Part shown: positions 53,899-64,000 of the stretch, one piece after another
How the letters are laid out: the number at the start of each line of letters is the position of its first letter
Position numbering within the stretch: the first letter of the stretch is position 1
Position numbers and translations under genes: made by a program
Notes under the pieces: model-generated
What the model was told of the DNA's origin: nothing
Database searches by the model: none
Seen by the model: the letters and a program-made list of their open reading frames with translations, nothing else
Source of the DNA: Octopus vulgaris
Lineage: Eukaryota
Direction of reading: 5' to 3'
Assembly: GCA_951406725.2 (NCBI GenBank)
Contig: OX597822.1
Span: 117,738,001 to 117,802,000 of the forward strand
DNA length: 64,000 nucleotides

Positions 53899-54128
53899 TT
53901 ATGTGTATATGTTTGTGTGTCTGTGTTTGTCCTCCCCCCAACATTGCTTGACAACCGATGCTGGTGTGTTTACGTCCCCGTAACTTAGCGGTTCGGGGCA
54001 AAACACACCGATAGAATAAGTACTAGGCTTACAAAGAATAAGGCCTGTGGTCGATATGCTCGACTAAAGGCGGTACTCCAGCATGGCCACAGTCAAATGA
54101 CTGAAACAACTAAAAGAGTAAAAGAGTA
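53697..54128 (+). mobile_element. SINE family B, well preserved
   Basis: As 46146-46545 with a longer internal (TA)n; tail TAAAAGAGTAAAAGAGTAA. Confidence 0.93.
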
Positions 54129-54819
54129 ATATATATAGAGACACATAATACACATTCATAAATATATACAAATATCCATCAATCTTTTCCAAATACGATC
54201 GACATTCAAACATTTATTCCCTACCAAATGTGAGTTTTTTGAAAATCTCTTTTAAAACATATTTACTTACTACCATATATATAGAGAGAGAGAATACACA
54301 CATACATACAAATACCTGTCAGTTTCTTTATTTATCTGCCGTTTCTTATCACCCTCCCCCCCTTCAATTTTATGCCTATTTTCCAAGTCAATTTCTCTGT
54401 ACAAGGGACTTTCACCCTTTCCTGCCGTCGGCTAAACTAATTTACAATTCTGTGATCTCTTGCGATTTCTCTACATATGACATATCGAAATTGTATCTTA
54501 ATGACCAATTAAGAACGCATATACACATATGCAACCAAGAAATAGGACAGATAAGTCGTAATATCAACTATAGGAATCGAACCTAGTGCCTGCTATACAC
54601 GGTGTAGCCGCAACATCACCAAGGTGACATCACATATAACGTCAAATTAGATAAACTGACAGACTAGGATTCCTAATGTCAGTGTGCTATCTGCAGGAAA
54701 ACCAGTTTACACAGCATGTAGAGATGCTCATTATAGAACACACGTATTTGCTCATATAATTTGAACTTACACTCCGAAGTCTTTATCGAGGACTGTGTCC
54801 GCGGAGTAAAGAGTGGCTA

Positions 54820-55043
54820 TAAGCTGGCAGAATCGTTAGCACGCCGGGCGAAATGCATAGCCGTATTTCGTCTGCCGTTATGTTCTGAGTTCAAATTCCG
54901 CCGAGGTCGACTTTGCCTTTCATCTTCTCGGGGTCGATATATAAAGTACCAGTTTCGCACTGGGTCGATGTAATCGACTTAATCCCTTTGTCTGCCCTTG
55001 TTTGTCCCCTCTATGTTTAGCCCCTTGAGGGCAGTAAAGAAAT
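54820..55043 (+). mobile_element. SINE family A with Tx1-type tail
   Basis: Tail TTTGTCCCCTCTATGTTTAGCCCCTTGAGGGCAGTAAAGAAAT. Confidence 0.93.
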
Positions 55044-55109
55044 ATATAAGAAGAATCAAGGTGACCTGATATGGAGATAGTGACGCAGATAAACACGCTT
55101 GGGATTTGT

Positions 55110-55161
<52 letters not shown>

Positions 55162-56363
55162 ATATAATATAATATAATATAAATTAGAGATAAAACCACT
55201 ATTATGCTGCTTTACCAAAACAACACTTCGAATTTTTATTGCCATGTTAGAAACTTTGTTCTTACGAGCGAGAATTGTTAGCCATTTACTTTATTTACTT
55301 TATAAGAATTTATAAACTGCAAGAAATGTGTAGTAAATTACTTTTTTACGATGGGACTTGAAATAGTTAAAGCTATAAAGATAATAATATTTATAGATGT
55401 ATGTACTTCGAGTTCTATCGTTAAAGATTATTTACTTCATGTCTTTCGAAGTTTTTAAACTCTCATAAATACAGAATTGATAAAGTAGATGCTGCATCGG
55501 AACACAAAGACTATCACGTGGGTTGGAGACGTTATCGCCATTACAGTTTCCGATGGCTTCATCTGCAAACAAGCTTTCAGTTTAATGATGAGATAGATGG
55601 ACCTAACAGGAGGGTAATAGTCGCTTGTCCTCTATCGGGTACGGCTAAGTGCTTTGCTGATGCCAACGAATCAGTATTGTTTTCACTGTGAACTTTACAT
55701 TTCAAGAGGGAGTCCCTACTCATTCCTATTATTTATTTCCAGATTAGTCGTGATACAACAGATATATAACCAAAAGAATACTAGCTGCGATTATTTCGTC
55801 GTATGAGATGCAGCTCAGACTAGTCTCTCAAATATATTCTTCATGCAAGTATTTCATTTCTGAGGGATTTTGTTGCTATTTCTTACAGGTCAGATGACCA
55901 CGTAAATCAACTCTCATTCTTTCAATTTCCTTTAACGTATTTCCGGTACGTAATTTACGGGGGCAATTCTTTGGTAGATATGACTCTATCGAAAGCAAAC
56001 TGGTAATGAGAGGATAAAAAGAAATTGAAGGTAAAACAAAGAGGACAAAGAGGTGCTCTAGGAATAAAGAGACATTTGAGGTAAAAAAAAAAAGCAACAG
56101 AAAGTGATATAAATGTGGTTCAGGATCATCGCCCTCATCTCCATCATCTCCATCATCTTTTTGCGGCGTAGGAAGTGGTAAGCTGTGGGTTTCATGTTTT
56201 CCAAAGGACGTTCATCGTGTAAGCAAAATTGTATAAATATCAAAAGTCAATATTAGAAATGATTCATTCATCTAAGAAATGTCAAGTATAAGGGTCAAGT
56301 TAATATCCCCATAAGGCATCCTAGACGTAGCTGGAAATATGCAAAACCGGATATTATATACGA

Positions 56364-56748
56364 CTAGCAGTATCGCCCGGCGTTGCTCAGGTTTGTAAGG
56401 GAAATAACTATAAAGCATCTTTAGAGAGTTATAGCCAAAAAATAGCAAAAAAATGGAAAAAAAATTATGGTAAATTTTTTTTTGAGAGTAAAAAAGGTTG
56501 AGTTGCGTCCCCTAGACAGTCTGTGGTTTGTTTTTTTTTATTCTCGACCCCATGTCGAATTTATCGATTTTTTTCAGAACTGGGGAACTTTTCAAAATTT
56601 TCGCTGCGTTAGTTTTGAATTATGACATTGGGCTATGCGTGTGTCAAGTTTCATCAGAATCGGTTGAAAGCCGTGGTCAGGGTGAGGGTACGAGAAAACA
56701 GACACACAGAAACACGCACAGACAAACTGCCGTTTATATATAGAGAGA
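56364..56748 (-). mobile_element. Non-autonomous Helitron
   Basis: Minus strand A|TCTCTCTATATATAAACGGCAG... ending in a subterminal hairpin (CCTGAGCAACGCCGGG) and CTAG|T: canonical 5'-TC/CTRR-3' ends at an AT target, no TSD. Confidence 0.85.
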
Positions 56749-57481
56749 TATAAGAAAAAAACTACGTTATACTCTCATTGTTATTCATTTCCTAATGTTC
56801 AGTCTGAAAGCTTTTCTAGTCTTCGCCACCTGAGCTTAGTTTAAGTGAAGACTGACAATAAAAACATATAGAACTGGAAATGGTATTGGTATTGATTGGT
56901 GTCAGAAGACAAATGTCATCCCGTTGAGACTAAAACCTTAGTTAATCTCATCAATCTAAAATAAATCTAATCAGCAAAGCAATTCAAAATTATCATTTGT
57001 CGTTCATTAGATATAGTGAACAGCTGCCTTCCTGTTAGTCGCCATGGTGTGTGGGTTGAGCTCAATTTAGCTTATTTGCAAGAGAGCGGGGGAAACAGAC
57101 TGTAAATTAAATATAACATTATAAGTTGTTGTTATTGCTTAGTCCTCTGGTTAGCTCAAATCGATGAGTTTTGTGATCAAAACCACGTGGGCCTTGCCTA
57201 TCTTATCGTCTATCAGGCACTATGTACTCTACTGGAGTACAAAATCAACATATATACTGTTCTGTGGACAGAAAGACGTGGTTTAAGGGAGATACGGCTA
57301 CTACTTCTGGCGAGTCGAAGACTACGTAGGGATTTTCTCCATATGAATATCAAAGAGACTGACGTGGTGTGTAGATCTGTTGTTCGTTCGTTGTTCGTGA
57401 GCAAAGCTCTGGCACAACTTATTGCTAATCCAAAGCTACATGTAACAGATAGTAATAATATATACTGTTGTTGTTTAGAGT

Positions 57482-57800
57482 GAAGGCGCGTGGCTCAGTG
57501 GTTAGAGCGTCGAGCTTACGATCGTGAGGTTGTGAGCTCGAATCCCGGACTGGGCTGCGTGTTGTGTTCTTGAGCAAGACACTATTTCACGTTGCTCCAG
57601 TTCACTCAGCTGTAGAAATGAGTTGCGACGTCACTGGTGCCAAGCTGTATCGACCTTTGTCTTTCCCTTGGATAACACTGGTGGCGTGGAGAAGGGAGGC
57701 TGGTATGCATGGGCGACTGCTGGTCTTCCATAAACAACCTCGCCCGGACTTGTGTCTAGGCGGGTAACTTTTTAGGTGCAAACCCATGATAAGTGTCTGA
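57482..57800 (+). mobile_element. tRNA-derived SINE family C, full length
   Basis: GGCGCGTGGCTCAGTGGTTAGAGCG (A box)..GAGCTCGAATCCC (B box), then GTTGTGTTCTTGAGCAAGACAC..CACTCAGCTGTAGAAATG central domain; not a tRNA gene (no closing acceptor stem; repeat body continues). Confidence 0.88.
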
Positions 57801-58518
57801 CCACCATGTTGTTTAGACCCAGGTCGATGTAGAATGAGAAAATCTATGATAAAATGAAATTCAAACCTGATCAGCTCGTCATCTAAGGTATATCTAAAAC
57901 TGACTGCTCGTTTGAAAAGGGCCAGGTGCGATTTAAGAGAGACTAAGCTGCTGTTTTCAGGAGGTCAAGCTACCACGCGTAATGTTGCTTCTCGTAGTTT
58001 CAACAATAACAGACGTCAGACACGTTTGGTTAGTGGTGGTGGCCTGGGTTGGAATAGAAAATAGAATTATTGTTGTTGACGTTACTGTTGTTGTTATTGT
58101 TGTTGCTGGTGGTGGTGGTGGTGGTGAAGTTCTTATGGGGGTGGAGGTGATGATGATTTTAATGATGTTGATGATGATCTTCAGTCTGTTTCAACGATTA
58201 GTATTCGACTGTTCGATCTACTAAAATACCTACTCGTTAAACAGACGTATAAATGCATTATGTGGATGAGTATTTCGCAGACGTGAATTAATTCTTAACG
58301 CAGTTCTCACGCCTAATCAGCCTAATTTGCGCGATGTAGTAACAACACTGGATTCTTGAATTATAGTAATAATTCTTCCACTGGGCTCCCGTTTTTTTTT
58401 TGTTTCATTTTCTTCAGTACCCATCTTGGTTTTGAACGATGTACGCAGCGCGTTTGCCGCTGTAACATTTGTAAACCTGCAAACTATGGGAGGTTCTTTT
58501 TCCTTTGCATCTTGTGTA

Positions 58519-58781
58519 CGAGGAGCGGGGTGCTGAAGATTTCCTGGCTTTAAAGGTATCTCTGATATTCCTATGGAGAACATCCCTACGTAGTCTTTGA
58601 CCCACCAGAAGTAGATCGAGGCCCGACCTTCCCAGTTCTTTTACAGGGTTTAGTAAAACTGGAGGAGCACTGCAACAAGTGTGTGAATCTGAGAGAGAAA
58701 TAGTTTGAATGAAATCCTAATTAACAAATCTTCCTGTATTTCTCTTTTGCCCAAAGCCAGGAACTTTTCAGCCCTCCCTCC
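58519..58781 (+). mobile_element. Internally deleted mariner element
   Basis: TIRs CGAGG..GCTGAAGATTTCCTGGCTTT / AAAGCCAGGAACTTTTCAGCCCTCCCTC flanked by TA; internal QGLVKLEEHCNKCVNLREK*FE matches the mariner C-terminal W.KC...G.Y.E region. Confidence 0.78.
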
Positions 58782-59236
58782 TATATACACACATATCAGC
58801 AGTCCCTCGTATATACACTCATATCAGCAAAAATACCCAGTCTTAACCAGTCAGCTTTAATATCAACTAAGATAAATATAATTACAAGATTTTAGTACAT
58901 GGGAGATTAATCTTTTACGTTTACTTTTGGAATGATGCTGACATGCTTCAATTGGTATACATGCTTCAGGGATGTTGGTATACTAAACGTTATTGATTCC
59001 AAGAACTTTCAGAAAAATGAATCAAGTTGTGCTTCGAAAGAAAAGAGCACAAAATCCAGAAACAAACTAATTTAGAATGTAAAACAAAAGTCTATCTTTA
59101 GCATGCTTATATGTTTTCCTGGCAAAACATGGCTTTTCAAGTTACGGTAATAATTTTCATATTTGGTGTACGTGAATTATTTTCCTAATCAGTGAAATTT
59201 TCCAATGTTTGTTGCAGTAAATGAATTTGCTTTCTG

Positions 59237-59393
59237 AAGGCGTGACTATTTGGTAAGAAGCTTGCTTCCGAACCACATGGTCCCAGGTTCAGTCCTTCTG
59301 TCTGACACCTTGGGCTGGTGTCTTCTATTATAATCTCGGGTTGACCAAGGCCTTGATAGTGGATTTTGTAGACAGAAACGAAAAAAGCCCGTA

Positions 59394-59430
<37 letters not shown>

Positions 59431-59670
59431 TCTATCTGTCTATGAGTGTGTCTTTGTGTTTGTGTTTATCCATCACTACAGCTTGACAACCGGTGTTCGT
59501 TTACCTACGTACCCGTATTTCAGCGCATCGGTATTAGAAACCGATAGAATAAATACCAGATTTTAAGAAAATTAATACTGAAGTCGATACGTTTGACTAA
59601 AACCCTTCCGGGCGGTTTCCCTCCATCGACGCAGTGTAAACAATGAGAATGAAACAACGAAAAGCTAAAA
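59237..59670 (+). mobile_element. SINE family B, diverged
   Basis: GGTAAGAAGCTTGCTTCCGAACCACATGGTCCCAGGTTCAGTCC..internal (TA)n..GCTTGACAACCGGTG..CCGATAGAATAAATACC. Confidence 0.85.
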
Positions 59671-60344
59671 GACAAACCAAAATGCTTTAAATAAAAGTTC
59701 TTCTTACATGCAGTTCTTTTACTTACTGGGAAAACAGTTTTCAAATCAGGCTAATAATATTCGTAATTGCTCTAAGTTAATTATTTTCCTAATCAGAAAA
59801 CTTTCCAATGTTTATTGCAAAAAATGTTCTTTTTTTTTTCTGTCTGTTATAAGAAGTTAGAAGAACAAATTCAGAAAAAAAAATGATTACGTACTCAATG
59901 ACTATATTATTGAAAATATGTGATGCTGTGCAGAATCTCACCAACCTAGGTACAAAATTATGGCCTTACAGTTTGGTATATACATGGGTGTGTGAGTGCG
60001 TGAGAGAGAGAGAGAGAGTCTACGTATGTATGTAAGCATATAGCTTTTGTTGATCTATTAACACCGCAAAGAAAAACCGAGAAACTGTTGCTTTACAAAC
60101 GAAATTACTTCACCACTCTCAACGTCAGACATACATTGGAGGCGTGATTAAGACATTTAAAACCTGTAAGGGACCACTCAGGCGATTATCCTCCAACCCT
60201 CTGGTCTGTAAGTGTAGTCGTTGCTGGTGAGACTTTTACGATTCGGATGCAACTCCTAACTCAAGCACTTTCAGTCACCTCTTACGACACACAAAGGAAA
60301 TATTCGGTCAAGTCTTTGACATGCCGGTCCCCACACAGTGCTAG

Positions 60345-60460
60345 AGAAACGCAAAATGAAGTGTTTTGCTCAAGAGCACAACATGCCACTCGGACCGGGA
60401 ATCGAACCCACAGTCAGAATATCAAGGAACAAGCACCCTTACCACTAAGCCACGCACCAC
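60345..60460 (-). mobile_element. tRNA-derived SINE head fragment
   Basis: Minus strand GGTGCGTGGCTTAGTGGTAAGGGTG..GGGTTCGATTCCCGGTCCG..GTTGTGCTCTTGAGCAAAACACTT. Confidence 0.75.
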
Positions 60461-60511
60461 TATATGTGGATACATACATACATACATACATACATACATA
60501 CATACATTTAG

Positions 60512-60739
60512 AAGGCGGCGAGCTGGCAGAAACGTTAGCACGCCGGGCGAAATTCTTAGCGATATTTCGTCTGCCGTTACGTTCTGAGTTCAAATTCCGC
60601 CGAGGTCGACTTTGCCTTTCATCCTTTCGGGGTCGATAAATAAAGTACCAGTTTCGCACTGGGGTCGATGTAATCGACTTAATTCGTTTGTATGTCCTTG
60701 TTTGTCCCCTCTATGTTTAGCCCCTTGTGGGCAATGAAG

Positions 60740-60743
<4 letters not shown>
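60512..60743 (+). mobile_element. SINE family A, intact reference copy with Tx1-type tail
   Basis: AAGGCGGCGAGCTGGCAGAAACGTTAGCACG..GAGTTCAAATTCC..core..TTTGTCCCCTCTATGTTTAGCCCCTTGTGGGCAATGAAGAAAT. Confidence 0.95.
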
Positions 60744-60784
<41 letters not shown>

Positions 60785-61040
60785 TATATATCTTGGACTT
60801 TATTGAGTGCTGTTATGATAAGGTCTAGTAAGGATCGAAATCGGGCCCAAAATTTAGTTGTTAGGAAGTAATTTATACATGTGATTTGGTGATATGGCCA
60901 CCCCTAAACGGTCCAGATTTGAAACGCTTGATGATCGTTGGACACGGTACCTCCTGGAGAAAGCGCCATTCATTGAAAGGAATAGAAATGAAAAGCCTTC
61001 TAGTTATTATCAATAACATATATCTATCTGTGTAGCTATT

Positions 61041-61082
<42 letters not shown>

Positions 61083-61139
61083 TATGTACATACACACTAT
61101 ATATAGAATATTGTAGTCTCTTATATTACTGGTCGTCTA

Positions 61140-61330
61140 CCTGGCAGAATCGTTACCACACCAGGCGAAATATCGGTGATTCGTCCGTCTCTATGTCTCA
61201 TGTTCTAATTCCAATGTGGTCGACTTTGCTTTTCGAAATTGGTAAATTAAGTACCAGTTGATTACTGGGGTCGATGTAATCGACTTACTCCTAAATTGCA
61301 GACTTTTTGCCAAAATTTGGAATCAATATT
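61140..61330 (+). mobile_element. SINE family A, degenerate, non-Tx1 tail
   Basis: CTGGCAGAATCGTTA..GTCGACTTTGC..AAGTACCAGTT..CTGGGGTCGATGTAATCGACTT..GCCAAAATTTGG. Confidence 0.82.
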
Positions 61331-62276
61331 CTATTATATAGATACAAACATATACACCCACTACATATATGGATATATAGGTACTGTAAATTTAGAGTGA
61401 ATACTTGATAAGTGTAAGCACCTGTATATGCCAGGTAGTGGCAGAGGTGAGAGAGGATATAGCAAATATAAATTAAAAATATAAATTAAAAAACAGAACA
61501 CATCCTTTGTGTTCCTTTGTGTTCTGTTTTTAATTTATATTAGATATATATAGATATATATGGATATATATATATATATATATATATATGAATAAATATA
61601 TATACATATAGAGAGGCAGGTGTGGTATATTTTTCTCCAAGACCATTTAGAGAAAAGAAAACTATATAAATAATATAAATTTCCAAAAAGAAAAAGGAAT
61701 TTCCACGGAATTATATTTTTCTTAATGTACGGCAAATATTTTGAATAAATCTGTAGAAATGTGTCAACTTCTAAGAAATCGGTTTTGGCGGTTGTGCATT
61801 GCGACAGAGTGCTATGAAATGTTCGCTGCTGTTTTCCTCAGCAATACCATCAACATATATTATTTGCATATTTATATTCATATCTAGTAGTTATTATTAT
61901 TGCATAAACAGTGTGTTAGACCGGTGCTGCTTGCGAACACGTATTCCTATCCACCTTCGTTTTCTCGTTTTGATGATGTTTAGTAGAATTCAGATATCTG
62001 GCTATGTTCAACGAACTTTACGCTGTTGTGTACGTGTTGTAGCATTCAACGGTCTCTCCCTCTCTGCCTGCCTGGCTGCCTCTCTCTCTCTCTCTTCCTT
62101 TCTCACCTCTCTTTCTCTTCCTCCCCCTCTCTCTCCCTCACTTCGCGCACTTGTTCTGTCTCACTCTATTCCCCTGAATCTTCATTGCTTTATATCTTTC
62201 TCATATGTGTGTGTCTGTGTTTGTGTGTGTGTGTATGTATGTATGTATGTATGCATGTATGTATATATATGTAGAT

Positions 62277-62311
<35 letters not shown>

Positions 62312-62469
62312 CATTTATCTATATGTGAATATGTTTATATATATATAAATTTAACAATTAAGGATAACTTCTTAATAAGGAATCTTAACAAGAAATTATC
62401 AGGTAGTTAGCGTGAAAAAACTCATAAGAGAAAAAATTCGAAAATAATTTTTTTCCTTTGAAAATATTA

Positions 62470-62590
62470 ATTTATATTGTGTAGAGGGCATCATTACACA
62501 TAAATGCCTCATGATTAGTTAAATTTTGGTAGTAATGACTTATGTCCCTCTTAGCGTGAGGCATTTATGTGTAATAATGCCCTCTATAAA

Positions 62591-62598
<8 letters not shown>
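62470..62598. repeat. 44-bp inverted repeat with 41-bp spacer in a (TA)n context
   Basis: 62470-62513 pairs with 62555-62598. Confidence 0.85.
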
Positions 62599-62638
<40 letters not shown>

Positions 62639-62757
62639 AGATATACGTATATAAATATATATACAGAGAGAGACAAGTAGATATAGGGCTGCTTATATAT
62701 GTGTATATATATATATATATATATGTTTATGTGTATCTATCTATCTATCTATATATA

Positions 62758-62818
<61 letters not shown>

Positions 62819-62855
62819 GCAGTGACGCGCATGCCGCGCATGCCGCGCACACACG

Positions 62856-62919
<64 letters not shown>

Positions 62920-63111
62920 CACTCACACACACATAGGTTTAGTAGAACCAACAAGATAGAATTCAAAATATGAGTACACATTTTATTACATTTTTAATCA
63001 GAAGCCACAAACGACTCAAAGGCCGAAAGTGTCGTGCGTCGCACATTTTAAACTTTGATAAGTTCCCAGGCACGTATCTCGTTTCTTGAATCTCTCCGTT
63101 ACTTGTATGAC

Positions 63112-63154
<43 letters not shown>

Positions 63155-63155
<1 letters not shown>

Positions 63156-63604
63156 CTTTTCTACCGAAAGCACAAGGCCTTGGAATTTTGGGGGAGGGAA
63201 CTAGTCGATTAAATCGACCACAGTGTTTCACTAGAACTTAATTTATTGACCCCGAAAGGATGAAAGGCAAAGTCGACCTCGGCGGAATTTGAACTCAGCA
63301 CGTAGACGTAGCGACGGGCGAAATACCTATTTCTTTATTACCCACAAGGGGCTAAACACAGAGGGGACAAACAAGGACAGACATAGGTATTAAATCGATT
63401 ACATCGACTCCAGTGCGTAACTGGTACTTAATTTATCGACCCCGAAAGGATGAAAGGCAAAGTCGACCTCGGCGGAATTTGAACTCACAACGTAACGCAG
63501 ACGAAATACCGCTTAGCATTTCGCCCGGCGTGCTAACGGTTCTGCCAGCGAAATACCGCTAAGCATTTTACCCGGGATACTAGCGACTCTGACAACTTGC
63601 TGCC

Positions 63605-63607
<3 letters not shown>
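63155..63607 (-). mobile_element. Nested SINE: Tx1-tailed SINE A (63328-63547) inserted into a SINE A of the other tail type
   Basis: 10-bp TSD GCGAAATACC at 63318-63327 and 63548-63557; host head 63548-63607, host body 63155-63327 followed by an (ATT)n tract. Confidence 0.93.
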
Positions 63608-63642
<35 letters not shown>

Positions 63643-63643
63643 T

Positions 63644-63674
<31 letters not shown>

Positions 63675-63692
63675 TGATGATGATGATGATGT

Positions 63693-63729
<37 letters not shown>

Positions 63730-63774
63730 AATAATAGCAATAATGATAATAATAATATTAATAATAATAATAAT
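63606..63774. repeat. (TAA)n/(TGA)n compound microsatellite
   Basis: Direct reading. Confidence 0.95.
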
Positions 63775-63960
63775 TCTTTCTACTATAGGCACAAGGCCTG
63801 AATTTTTTTGAGGGGTGAGGTGACTAGTCGATTACATCGAGCCAAGTGTTTCATTGGTACTTAAGTAATCACCCCTAAAGGATGAAAGCCAACAACTGGG
63901 TTCGATGTAATCGACTTAGCCCCTCTCCCGAAATTGCTAGTCCTGTGCCAGAATTTGAAA
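63775..63960. mobile_element. Two SINE A 3' fragments in opposite orientations (63775-63890 minus, 63894-63960 plus)
   Basis: GGCACAAGGCC..GTCGATTACATCGA..GGATGAAAG, then CTGGGTTCGATGTAATCGACTT..GTGCCAGAATTTGAAA. Confidence 0.75.
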
Positions 63961-64000
63961 CTCTTTTTATCCTTATAGTATGTGTGTGTCTATTTGTTTC

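Noticed and set aside
57482-57556. Possible tRNA gene
   Set aside because: No closing acceptor stem, and the sequence continues into a repeat body also present at 24497; it is a SINE head.

Overview
AT-rich, microsatellite-dense animal DNA with no recognisable host protein-coding exon. The repeat families look like those of a coleoid cephalopod, probably Octopus (inference, no search run). Almost all identifiable content is transposon-derived: a near-full-length but inactivated Tx1-clade LINE (3182-8542) and three further Tx1 fragments; R4/Dong-like (RLE), CR1 and RTE LINE fragments; a Mag-type Ty3/Gypsy remnant; two non-autonomous Helitrons; mariner-type MITE/remnants; Penelope-like palindromes, one carrying a minimal hammerhead motif; and >20 tRNA-like SINE copies of at least four families. 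Main finding: a candidate LINE-SINE self-targeting system. One SINE subfamily ends in the same ~43-nt 3' tail as the Tx1 LINEs. The Tx1 LINE and three Tx1-tailed SINE units all abut the identical nucleotide of the SINE head (..GC|GGTATTTCG), in the same orientation; two of these four junctions have clear target-site duplications (TSDs). An ~11.7-kb block (28.4-40.1 kb) has no recognisable TE and may be regulatory. Family names A-D are my own labels. Boundaries of degenerate copies are approximate.
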